Below, in pieces: positions 11,855 to 22,983 of a stretch of 64,000 nt of DNA. A model generated the notes under the pieces. The model did no database searches. It saw nothing but the letters and a program-made list of their open reading frames with translations, and had not been told where the DNA came from. Where the stretch lies: the NCBI RefSeq assembly GCF_006345805.1, contig NC_043001.1, positions 72,974,001 to 73,038,000 on the forward strand, read 5' to 3'. The stretch is from Octopus sinensis (taxonomy: Eukaryota). Numbering within the stretch: the stretch's first letter is position 1; each line of letters begins with the position of its first letter. A program made the position numbers and the translations under genes.

Positions 11855-13029
11855 ATGCCAGAGGGAGAAACTAGAAGTATTTGATAGCTTCCGCTACCTA
11901 GGTGACCAAGTCTGTAGTGAGGGTAGATGCTCTGAGAGCATTGCCACTTGAATAAGAATAGCCTGGGCAAAGTTCAGAAAGCTCCTACCTCTACTGGTGA
12001 CAAAGGGCCTCTCACTCAGAAGGAAAAGTAGACTGTATGATGCATGTGTGTGAACTGCCATGCTACAAAGCAGTGAAACCTGGGCCATGGCTGTTGAGGA
12101 TATATGTAGGCTTGATAGAAATGAAGCTAGTATGATCCACTGGATGTGTAATGTCAGTGCGCACACACAACAGAGTATAAGCATCCTGAGAGAAATGTTG
12201 GATATAAGAAGCATCAGATGTGGTGTACAAGAGAGACGACTGTGCTGCATATGGATGAGAACTGTTTGAAGAAGTATCATTCCCTAACAGTGCAAGGAAC
12301 CTATGGAAAAGGGAGACCCAGGAAGACATAGGATGAAGTGGTGAAGCACGACCTTCGAACATTGGGCCTCACAGAACGAATGACAAGAGACCGAAACTTC
12401 TGGAGATATGCTGTGATTGAGAAGACCTGGCAAGTAAAATGAGATCACAGCTGTAGCCTGTACCAGTGTCGCATAACCAGCCCATTTAAAAAGTACCTTT
12501 GAATCATTGGGTGACACACCGTGCTTGAGGAGACCTATTGAGTCAAATAAAATCAAAATCACAATCTCAATCAAATCAAATTCAAAATGGAAATTGTAGT
12601 TGTGGCTGATGCTAGTACCACCTGACTGGCTCCTATGCTGGTGGCACGCAGTAAGCACCTTTCATGCACAGGCCGATGCTAGTGCTGCTTGACTGGCTTC
12701 CCGTGCTAGTGGCACTTAAAAAGCACCATCCTAATGTGGTCGATGGTGGCCCCTGCCTACACCCCAACTGGCTCCTGTGCCGCTAGCACATAAAAAGCAC
12801 CATCTAAACATGGCGAATGCTAATGTCACCTGGCTGGCTCCCGTGCCGGTGGAATGTAAAAAGCACCTACTACACTCTCAGAGTGGTTAGCATTAAGAAG
12901 GGAACCTAGCTGTAGAAACCCTGCCAGATCAGATTGGAGCCTGGTGCAGCCTCTTGGCTTGCCAGTCCCCGGTCAAACCGTCCAACCCATGCCAGCATGG
13001 AAAATGGATGTTAAACGATGATGATGATG
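11855..13029 (+). mobile_element. 5'-truncated RTE-type LINE (RT C-terminus, 3' UTR, (GAT)n tail)
   Basis: GEKLEVFDSFRYLGDQ...IRIAWAKFRKLLPLL...RLYDACV*TAMLQSSETWA and GKGRPRKT; tail AAACGATGATGATGATG. Confidence 0.88.
12608..12870 (+). repeat. four ~60-70-bp tandem units in the LINE 3' UTR
   Basis: Unit GACTGGCTCCCGTGCYGGTGGCACGTAAAAAGCACC repeated; the same array occurs at 53050-53345. Confidence 0.8.
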
Positions 13030-13579
13030 TTAGCAAAGTTTGTGTATCGAGATGTGTGCTAAAAATCTCAGCCACATAATCATCATTTTAATGTCCATTT
13101 TTCAATGCTTGCATGGATCAGATGGAGTTCATTGAGACAGATTTTTTACACAACATCCAGCTATAAAATCCTTCCTCAAAGAACATGTACATCCAACCCA
13201 AGCAAGCATGAAAAGATAGATATAAAATAAATGAATACAATTATAATTGAACAAAGTCATTACTCACAAGTATGACTGAGTAGCTTGTACTATGCTTTCA
13301 CTAATTGTTCTAGGTGCAGAAATAGGCATCCTGCTGGCCCTCACATCTATGACCTAGTGGAACATCAATGATGTGATATTTTGAAGGAAGAAAGGACTGC
13401 ACTAGCACTCAGCAAGTATTTGTTTTCAGCTGAGTAGACTACAGCATGAAATGATGTGCCTTATTCAACATGCTGCCTAGTTCAGGTATTGGACCTACAA
13501 GCTTATGAGACTCCAATACCATAACCACTGGGCCACATTTCTTCATATTTCTTTCATTTATCCACCACTCACTTGTGTG

Positions 13580-13649
<70 letters not shown>

Positions 13650-13834
13650 TTTTCTTTTATTCTTTTACTTGTTTCAGTCATTTGACTGCAGTCATGCTGG
13701 AGCACCACCTTTCAATTGAAGAAATCAACCCCAGGACTTATTCTTTGTAAGCCTGGTACTTTATCAGTCTCTTTTCCCAAACTGCTTAGCAGACTCAGAC
13801 ATCCACATAAATACAGACACACACACACACACAT

Positions 13835-14180
13835 ATAAGTATATTTATGATTAAAGAAGAAGAATGGAGAGTTAGTAAAGATACAAAATTTATTTATTAA
13901 CATACTGCCAAAATAAAGCCTACATACATTTCAATTCAGTTCAGTATATAATTTCAAATTCAAAAATTGGAATAAATCCAAAGATTAGAATAAAATAGCA
14001 TTTTGAATAATATTGGGTAGAATCTCATCAGGGCTAGAGTACAATAGAAATAGTTACAAGTTGATGGATTGGATTTTATCAATAGACTTTATTTTGGCAA
14101 TATGTTAATAAATAAATTTTATATCCTTACCAACTCTCCATTCCTCTTTTTTAATCATATTTATATTTATAATAATCCCA
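13835..14180. mobile_element. fold-back element with hammerhead ribozyme
   Basis: Inverted arms ~13835-13922 and 14083-14170, flanked by (CA)/(TA) repeats; the ribozyme spans the left arm end and the spacer. Confidence 0.75.
13917..14035 (-). ncRNA. type-I hammerhead ribozyme with 82-nt loop II
   Basis: Minus: AGCC-CUGAUGA-GAUUC-[82 nt]-GAAUU-GAA-AUGUAUGU-A-GGCU. All core nucleotides are present; helix III reads as CpG-decayed ACGUACGU. Confidence 0.75.
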
Positions 14181-14502
14181 TATATATATATTGAAAAGAT
14201 ATTCCTCAATGGGCTTCTTTTCAGTTTCCATCTGCCAAATCCACTTACAAGGCTTTGCTCAGCCTGAGGCTGTAGTAGAAGACACTTGCTGAAGGTCCCA
14301 TGCAGTGGGACTGAACTACGAACCATGTGATTGGAAAGCAATCTCCTTACCACACAGTCATGCCTGCATTTATATATAGTTAAGAAGTTTGCATCAGTCA
14401 TGTGGTTAGGAATTTGATCACATTGTTGTCACCTAGCATTGTATATTATAGCTACAGGTTGACCTTGTAAGTGAAACTGGTAGACATAAATTGAAGGAGT
14501 CC

Positions 14503-14556
<54 letters not shown>

Positions 14557-14997
14557 TAAGTTTGTGTGTGTGAATTCATATTTCACCTCATCAAGTGTGA
14601 TCACTGACTGCAAACAACAACCTTGCTGTTCATACAGACAGTGTTGTTTGCTTGCAGTCCACTGTAAAAGTATGTCTCCCTTTCTCAACATGTCCTGTTG
14701 TCCTTTCTCTAGTTTAAGTCATGGTCTGTAGTCATGCCAAGCAACTTGTAAACAAAAGGTTTATTATTCATTGGTAATTTGCTACAAGTTTCCTGTGTAA
14801 CTTATGTCTAGGCTGTTTGTTATTCAATAATTACTGGTGGGGGTTAATATTTGGCTTGGCAGCAAGTGAGGGTTGGAGTCAGGGAGTGCATCTAACAGTT
14901 GAAAACTCAACCTCAATGTAGTCTTGTCTGACCTTTGCAAGCATGAAGAAGTGGTTGTGAAATCAATGATGATGATATGTTAATGGTCTTTTATCTG

Positions 14998-15392
14998 TTA
15001 TCTTTTATTTATTTTAGTCATTAGGCTGTGGCTACGCTGGAACACCACCTTGAAGAATTTTTAATTGAATCAAACAACCCCAGCACTTTTTTTTAAAGCC
15101 TGGTATTTATTCTATTGGCTTATTTTGTGAAACCACTATGTTACAAGGGCTAAACAAAGCACCAGTTGTCAATCAGTGGTAGGGGATATCTTCAGACACA
15201 AATGCATGTATGCACACACGCACACTCACACCTACTTATACAATGGGCTTCTTTCAGTTTTCATCTACCAAATCCACTAACAAGGCTTTGGTCAGCCCGA
15301 TGCCACAGTTGAAGACACTTGTTCAAGGTGCCATGCAGTGAAACTGAACCCAAAACCATATGGTTGGGAAGCAAACTTCTTACCACACAGCG
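14998..15392 (-). mobile_element. tRNA-derived SINE (family A)
   Basis: Full match to the 40439-40788 and 51816-52181 copies, including the central CA tract. Confidence 0.8.
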
Positions 15393-17009
15393 ATGTAGTT
15401 CTGTACCCTCCGGCAGTATGAAGCACATGTGACTTCTATTTTCAGTTAAAGCTATCTACTTTTAAGATATTTTCTCCAATAATACTGTGATCTAAGTTTT
15501 TCCATAGAGCACTTTTGAAATTAAGTTTTCTTGGAAAAAAGAAATGGGAAAACAACCTGTTGTTGACTAACAAACACTAATTCGATTTGTTTCTCATATC
15601 TAGCTTTATTCACTCAAGTTTACTGTAGTTTGTTACATCATCTAACTTCTACATTATAACATCTTTGTTATTTACAGTTGATATATTTTAATAACAATAG
15701 TAAAACACTCTTCTACTACCGCTACTACTTATTCTTTCATGTCACTCAGTTTCCAGTTTCCTTCTCACCATCAACATTGTCCTTAAGCTGTAGAAGTCAG
15801 CTTGTGTCTGAGTACGACCATGTTTACAACATCAATGGCACTTCTTAAAGAGCAGTAAAAGAATCCACCATATACTCTCAAAGGCAACAACTCTACAGAA
15901 GTAGCAGTATTTTATAATCACAGTCACAACAACCATTTTTGAAGGCTTTGTTGTTTGTAGTTCTAATAGGTTCCTGTGTACGAAGTTCATTTCAGTGAAT
16001 AAAATGTGTACAGAACTGCATTTACTTTTCAAATACAACTTTTATCCTTTGGTCAATTCAACCAAAACTTGTGTGATCGTCAGTTTTTATATCAGAGTAT
16101 CTTTTCTTCAACTGATCATTCTAGCAAGAAATAAGGTCCCCTCAATTTCAAAGTGGTCTTAAAGTATACGTGTTCATTTCAGCCATTACTATGTCCCCAC
16201 ACTTTATTGCTAGATAGCCATTGACTTTATGCGGGTCCATCCATTCTTTTGACAGATCTTGCTCTTGACAGATCTTGCTTTTGTGCTTTTCTAGCAACCC
16301 TCTTTCCCTGGCTAGCCTGTTGGATTTGCAGTTTAATCATTAACAACCCAGCTATGTAACAGATTGTGCAGGATTATGATGTTACCAGTAACACACTCTT
16401 GGTGTCCTGACATTTTATTACTAACTTGTATTAAATGGTATGTAGCTATTGTACTTGTACTCTATTTGTTAACTCAGACATCAACACAGATACTGTCACT
16501 CCTACAACTACTACAATAGCCTTACTCCTCTGAACAAGTTAACTGCACACCCTCTCTGTACACACCAACTTGTCCTACCTAACTTTCCTCTTGTCAATAT
16601 CACCGTCTCATCTCTCAGACCATGAACCAAACCCTACATACAATCTCTCCTCACTACAGTTTCCTTCCTTCCATATTTTTCTTTCATATACCATCTGGTC
16701 AACATCCTTGTCCTACCTCCACCCAGGGTTACCCTTACAACATGCCCAAAATAACTTAAGATTTTGCTTGTTTAGTTATTTTACAAGGCAAGGCGCCATT
16801 TATGTCCAATTTGGTTAAGCACGTTTATCCCTTTTTTTATCTCTTGTGCTAATTCTTAACATTCCTCTACAGAATCAGTGTTTCCAAACTTCGAAACTAT
16901 ATTCTATCCACACCATTCATATCCACTCACTGTCATTGGAAATACTAAAGTTTGCAGCAATTTCAATTTGGCCTTTTTGTTTATTGATAGATTATATATA
17001 TATATGTAT

Positions 17010-17400
17010 AAACAATTGCAGCATGGAAGGTGTTTATAAGCCATTTAAAAACATACAAAAAAACCATTAGATTCACTTCAACATTTAAATTTAATTTTTT
17101 GTCAAAATATTTTTGTTGCTTTGAAACTGCAACCTGTTCACTGACAAAATTTCATGCTGCATCATGAAGTTTTGTCGTGTTGCAGCACGAAGTTTTGTCA
17201 GAAGTGAATCTAACGGGTTTTTTTTGTGTTTTTAAATGGCTTATAAACACCTTCCATGCTGCAAGTGCTTTTGTTTCGGCACACAATATCAGATCAAGTC
17301 ACTTGCTATGCAAGTACATCTCCATAATATATAATCAAATGAATAACAACATACAATGGATAATTGTCAGCTCATTACAGCTGTTTCTTATGCAACTTTT
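17010..17400. mobile_element. fold-back element in (TA)n with hammerhead
   Basis: Left arm 17016-17161 is inverted relative to right arm 17181-17264, which lacks the 62 nt matching 17080-17141; unpaired tail 17265-17400; TA arrays on both sides. Confidence 0.75.
17097..17149 (-). ncRNA. type-I hammerhead, G3-C8 core variant, G12A decayed
   Basis: Minus: UUUUGUCA-GUGAACA-G-GUUGC AGUUUCAAA GCAAC-AAA-AAUAUU-U-UGACAAAA. Helix I 8 bp, helix II 5 bp, palindromic helix III. Confidence 0.7.
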
Positions 17401-17431
17401 TAATATATGTATGTATGTGTGTGTGTATATA

Positions 17432-17497
<66 letters not shown>

Positions 17498-17512
17498 TAT
17501 GTATGTGTATGG

Positions 17513-17683
17513 CCATTGCCATGATTGACTGCTACCCACTAAAGCTTTTTTTTTATTCTCTGTTTATTTTCTCATGTTCCTTTCTGTTGAAGAGCATAGG
17601 CTCGAAACATAAAAGACTTTCTCACTTTTCCAAGCATTAAACTAACACGCCTGTCTTGTCTTTTGCTTTTTTGTAAATTCCAA
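17513..17683 (+). mobile_element. short Penelope-like terminal remnant between TA arrays
   Basis: Homologous to 53548-53724 in the opposite orientation; contains a hammerhead-like motif. Confidence 0.65.
17576..17617 (+). ncRNA. minimal hammerhead-like motif, A6U variant
   Basis: TTT-CTGTTGA-A-GAGC ATAG GCTC-GAA-ACAT-A-AAA-GAC. Confidence 0.55.
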
Positions 17684-17768
17684 TGATATATATATATATA
17701 TATATGTCTGTGTATTTATATATGTATGTGTATATATATGTGTGCGTATATATATGTATGTATATATG

Positions 17769-17801
<33 letters not shown>

Positions 17802-17812
17802 CTATATGTATA

Positions 17813-17849
<37 letters not shown>

Positions 17850-17889
17850 GTGCATGTGTATTTCTTTTCTAACTGTGGTTTGGAGATAA

Positions 17890-18350
17890 CATCACACTTT
17901 GTTATGGCAGTTCTCATTTTTATCTCTATACTGTCATCAGTGATTTGTAATAATAACTTCCAAGATAACAAACCTCATCATACATTACTGTGACAGTTGG
18001 ATTATCACCTCCTTATAGGATTACCTTTATCATGTGTTCTTGAAATAATCATTGATTCACTTTTATCAAAATTAATGAACAAAACCATATTCTTCCCATT
18101 TTTGTCATTCACTTTTCTCCTCAAATTCCTCAAGTCTTCTAAGTTATTAGCCCTTAGTGTCATCAACATATCTGACATTGCTGACCGTTCTTTAATTGAT
18201 TTTAGTTATATCATCATAACCTTCTTGAGTTTTCCATTTATTACTTTCTGCACATATGATGAACAAAGAAGAAAGGATACATCCTTGATATACCCACTGT
18301 TCAGTTTCAAACCACCCTGTAAAGCCTACATTAGTTTTGACTGTTGCTAT
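17890..18350 (-). mobile_element. old RTE LINE reverse-transcriptase fragment
   Basis: Minus translation VKTNVGFTGWFETEQWVYQGCILSS...NVRYVDDT...[10 protein letters not shown], with QG and YxDD motifs and frameshifts. Confidence 0.7.
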
Positions 18351-18724
18351 TTGATGAAAGATCATCATCATTATTTTAACATCTACTTTTCAATGCTTGA
18401 ATGAGTCGGATGGAATTCCTTGAGGCTTATTTTCTACAGCTGGATGCCCTTCTAGTCACCAACCCTCACTTGTTTCCAAACAAAGTAATATTTCTCCATG
18501 GTTGGACATATTTGGACAGAATATTGGAAATGAAGGACACCACTTGTATGATGGCTATACATGTATAGACTCACATACTCACACACACACGTGTATATAC
18601 ACATCAGGATTTTTTCAGTTTTTGTCTACCAGAGCCACTTAGAAGGCTTTAGTCTGCCAATAGTAGAAAGCTCTTTCCCGTGGTGCTATGCAGCAGGACT
18701 TAATCTGAAACCATGTGGTTGGGG

Positions 18725-18975
18725 TAAATGCGCATGACTTAGTGATTAGGGTGTTGGTCTCATGGTCATAAGATTGTGGTTTCAATTTCTGGAACTGACA
18801 ATGTGTTGTGTTCTTCAGCAAAACACTTTATTTCACATTGCTCCAGTCCTCTATGTTAGCAAAAAAGAGTAATTCTGTGACAGACCAGTGTTTCATCCAG
18901 TGGGGAGTATATACATCAGAGAATCTGGGAAGTTGGCCCTATGGGCCTATATGACTATATGACTCGAGAAGGAGC
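18725..18975 (+). mobile_element. decayed tRNA-derived SINE (family C-like head)
   Basis: GCGCATGACTTAGTGATTAG...GTGTTCTTCAGCAAAACACTTTATTTCACATTGCTCCAG resembles the head of 30253-30570. Confidence 0.6.
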
Positions 18976-19950
18976 TTTATTCTTAATAATGTGGTTTGGA
19001 AGCAAACCTCTTAATCACATGTCTAGGCCTGCACCTATGAGAATAAAATACTTTTGATAATTCTGTAAAATGTTGAAAAAATTTCCTTTCTCCTACTATT
19101 GGCCATAATTGATTTTTTTTTTTTTTTTTTGCTAAACTTCTGCTGTTGTGTCATATCTAGCAGAACTTCTGTTATTCTTTAGTCTTTGACGTTACTGATG
19201 GAATTTGTCTTTCTTAATACAATTCTCACTTTGATCATTTTGATTAACATGTCTTATGTTTATGTATAGGTACCAGAACTATTCATTCCATCTTTCCTTT
19301 TATACATATTTCCCTTCACAAAGCATATTACCATCTTTGCTATTTTTTGGTGAAATGCTCTTGTTGTTAGCTTCACTATTTTGTAAACATCTCTTGTAGT
19401 GTTTGTCATACAAGTTTTGTTTTGTTTTATACTTTCAGCTCAGATTTTGTTGATGTTTTTCTCTTTTTTTTTTCTTCCTTCATCCTTCGTGTCTCAGCTG
19501 TTGATATTCTTTAGATTCAGATGATGTCATACTGCTACTTTTTACAGATCTCCTTCCTTGTTTCAATTTTATCTCATATCTCATCTGTTGTTCACTTCAA
19601 TTGTTTTTTTTTTAATATTTTAATTTTCTTTTGTTATATTTTTTCAGCTACTTCCAGAACTATATTTTTTGGCTTTATTCTCTATACTATTTCTAGGTGA
19701 CTTTCGTCTTCACTGTTCAAAAGTTGTTCAGATTGTTTTTTTTCTATTTCAATATTTCCGTATTTCATATATGAGCCATTAAAAAGTTAACCAGATATAA
19801 AACATACTGAGATGTAAAGAAAATAACTGGTTGCTAGTATTGTTTCCACTTTACCATCAAGCAAGGGAGAAAAGTCTGGGAATGTTTCAGTTTTATTCTG
19901 ACCTTGTCAGCAAATCAAAGCCAGTAAAATTAAAATAATATTAGTCTAGC

Positions 19951-20892
19951 AAATTAAAAAAAATTTGTGAAATGTTAATGTTAGAACATATAATAACGGT
20001 GCCATACCATCCCAGATCTAATGGACAGGCAGAAAACTCTTTGTCGATACCTTCAAAAGAACCCTTGAAAAATCAAATAAGGAAGTCATGGACGAGGTAA
20101 CTCTACAACAATTTTTAAGAATGTACGTGTGACACCAAATCCATATACACCAGCAGGTAGCTCACCAGTGGAGCTGATGTTTGCAAGGAAAGTAAAATCA
20201 GTCCTTAATAAATTGCTACCTTGCAAGAAAAGAAAAAGTACCAGGGAAGACATAGCAAGATTCTTTAAAGTTGGTGAAAAGGTGTATATGTGGGCATACA
20301 AGAATGAAAAGCAGAGTTGGGAAGATGGTGTAATTACCAAATGCATAGGTAAAATGATATATTGGGTAAAAAGTAGAAAAGGCATAGAAAAGAGACACAA
20401 GAACCAACTGGAAAAGAGGTTCGTGAAAAGTGAACCAAAGAAGTTGGAGGAACTGATGGAATGGTTGTATTATATGTTCCAAGTACCAATGCCACTGCAG
20501 GTGATTGAACCCAGGCGTACAAGTAAGAGGAAAAGAAAACATACAGAGTTCCTGAAAATAAATGTCAAGCGCAAAAAAATATTAAATTGTACAAAAAAGG
20601 GAGATGGGGTGAATAAAAAAAAAATTATTACTAAATAAAATCACACTTCCTAAGAAAAACTTAAAAGGGGAGATGTAGGGAATTAGTAATAATGGTACAC
20701 CCCTCCTGTGTGATGAATGGAATAGCTTAGTCACTGTGAGTAAAGAGAGTACTAGTAGGTGGTCAGAGATAGTCGTGTTTTTCCTGGTTATACTAAGTAC
20801 ACTGTATACTGAAGTGGGCATTATAAACAATCCAATATTTTTAAGGATATAGCAAGGTAAATATATCATTTTCAGATATAATTTAATCTACA
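19951..20892 (+). mobile_element. Gypsy-type LTR retrotransposon 3' fragment: integrase end, PPT, 3' LTR
   Basis: EHIITVPYHPRSNGQAE...VDTFKRTL and TPNPYTPAGSSPVELMFAR; PPT AAAAGGGGAGA at 20663-20673; LTR 20674-20892 bounded by TGTAG...CTACA. Confidence 0.85.
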
Positions 20893-21029
20893 TTATTTGG
20901 CAGAATAATTTAGGCACTGGCAATGCTGTTTGGTTAAGAAGTTCACTTCCCCAGGTTCAATTTCACTGCAGTATCAGAGCAAGTTGTCTTCTATTATAGC
21001 TCCAAGCCAACCAAACCTTGTAAATGGAT

Positions 21030-21625
21030 TTCATCATCATCATCATCATCATTTTAATTAAATGTGCATTTTCCATACTGGCATAGATTGGATGGCCTGA
21101 CAAGAATTGGTAAGGCCAGAGGCTGCACCAAGTTCCATAGTCTGTTTTAGCCTGGTTTCTACAACTGTGTACCCTTTTTAATGCCAGTGACTTTACAGAG
21201 TGTACTGGGTACTTTTGACATGGCACCATCACCAATGCTTTTTGAGTGGCACCAGCACTGGTGCATTTCACACAGCACCAGCTTTCACACCGATGCTTTT
21301 TGCATGGTACCTTGGTTTTTAGGATCTCAATTCTGCTGTGGTGGATGAGTCTTCTTGAGTACAGCAATGCACCACATTTCTGTCCTGTGTCATCTCCCTT
21401 GCACAGTTCAGTGTTTTGAGATCAACCCTCAATACTTTGTCCCATGTCTTCCTGGGCCTCCCTCTTCCACAATTTCCCTCCACTTTAAGTGATTGGCACA
21501 TTTTTATTGCAACTGTCCTCATCCAGCTGCATCATATGACAAACAAGTGCAGTCTCTTTTTTATGTAACTGTCCTCATCCAGCCACATTACACGACAAAC
21601 CAGTGCAGTCTCCTCTCTTGCACAA
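21030..21625 (-). mobile_element. 3' fragment of the RTE-type LINE
   Basis: ORF 21319-21522 (-) encodes LKVEGNCGRGRPRKTWDKVLRVDL; (CAT)n tail at 21032-21052. Confidence 0.8.
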
Positions 21626-22983
21626 TTGATAGAAAAAAAGCCCATCATGTGTATGTGTGTGTGGTGCAAATGTATATGTATACAATACACATATGTGTCT
21701 GTTTCTTTACACCTGCAGCTCCCTTATTCAAAAGTTATGACATTTGATCAGTGTTGTTGGCATATCTCCTGTCAATATAGTGTCCAATTATTTTGTGCTT
21801 TCAAAGCCTTATAGAATAAATGATCCCTTACCTGAAAAGCAGGCAAGGATTAACAGCAAGATGAGTATCTAGCTGTAAGACAAACTGTAAAATCTGTTAT
21901 TTCAAATAATGGTTCTAAAAGAAATGTTGATTGTTGTACTTTAGTTACAAACTGTTGCTTTACCAACTTTTTTTTTTGTGCTTTTTAGTCAGGAGGGACA
22001 GCAGTACCTGTGAGCTTTTATTGGGCCTCCAAGATAGGTGGGCAGGAAGAAGGATAGTATCCTCAGACTAAACACCTAGCCTGATTGTCTGCAGCAGAGT
22101 GGACTCTGCAAAAAGTACTCAAGGTACTGAATGGTGGTATTAAGACAGGTGAGGAATTAAGATCATGACAGGGTTTGAACTTGGAAAGCAAAGAACTATA
22201 ACAAACTCCGCTAGGAGCCGAATCTAACATTCTTACAGTTCCATAAATTCACTGCCCTAGATTTTCTATTTTCTTTCATTGATCCTGAAAGGATGTAAAG
22301 TCACTTTTGATAGGATATGAACCCCAAGTGCCCAGTGTCAGAAGAAACACCTCAACAAATTCTATCCAACTTAGCATCTGGTCTCTTCCATGTAGCCTCA
22401 GAATGCTGTTCTTTCTAGTGAGTGAAGTTTCAGTCTTGAATACTAGTTCATTTTTTTGGGGCCCTTTAATTTGTAAATTGTGAGTAAGTTCTGCTACTGC
22501 TGTATAATTTGTGTAGTTGATTCCAAAAGTAAATACACCATTTGTCTGTCTGGTGCCTCTTTATCTCAGCAAGCTTTTTCTTAAGGGATGTTGACTTCAG
22601 TTAACTGTGGAGAGTATTGTCATCCATGAACTATACTTGACACATGATGTTTCTATTATATGTAACGAGCCTGGAGGGTGAGCAGGTTGGCTTGGAGTTG
22701 GCTTCCATTACTTCTGGATGTCCATTCTGTAGATTTGCATGACTCTTCAACTTCTCTGTCTGTCTGTCTGTCTGGCCCCCCTCTCTCTGACAGACACACA
22801 CACATCAACAGAGATAAAAAAATGCAGAGAAAAACAACTAATACTGAAGACTTCTACTTTGTTTACTTTGACACAGATCTTGTTTCACTGATAAAGAAAT
22901 GTCATCTGGTTTGACACTCCATGATGACTGCTTCCAAGATTTATGGGACTGTTTCATAAATAATATGGAGCTGAACCTCCCCA

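Larger units (their letters stand above)
13646..14368 (-). mobile_element. tRNA-derived SINE (family A) interrupted by a fold-back element
   Basis: 3' half 13646-13800 (CTTTTACTTGTTTCAGTCA...) and 5' half 14210-14368 (...CTTACCACACAGTCATGCCTGCA) flank the insert at 13835-14180. Confidence 0.75.

Noticed and set aside
12608-12870. CRISPR-like repeat-spacer array
   Set aside because: Units are degenerate tandem copies with related intervening sequence inside a LINE 3' UTR; eukaryotic context and no cas genes.
20129-20638. 169-aa ORF as a host gene
   Set aside because: It continues a frameshifted Gypsy integrase and precedes a PPT and LTR.
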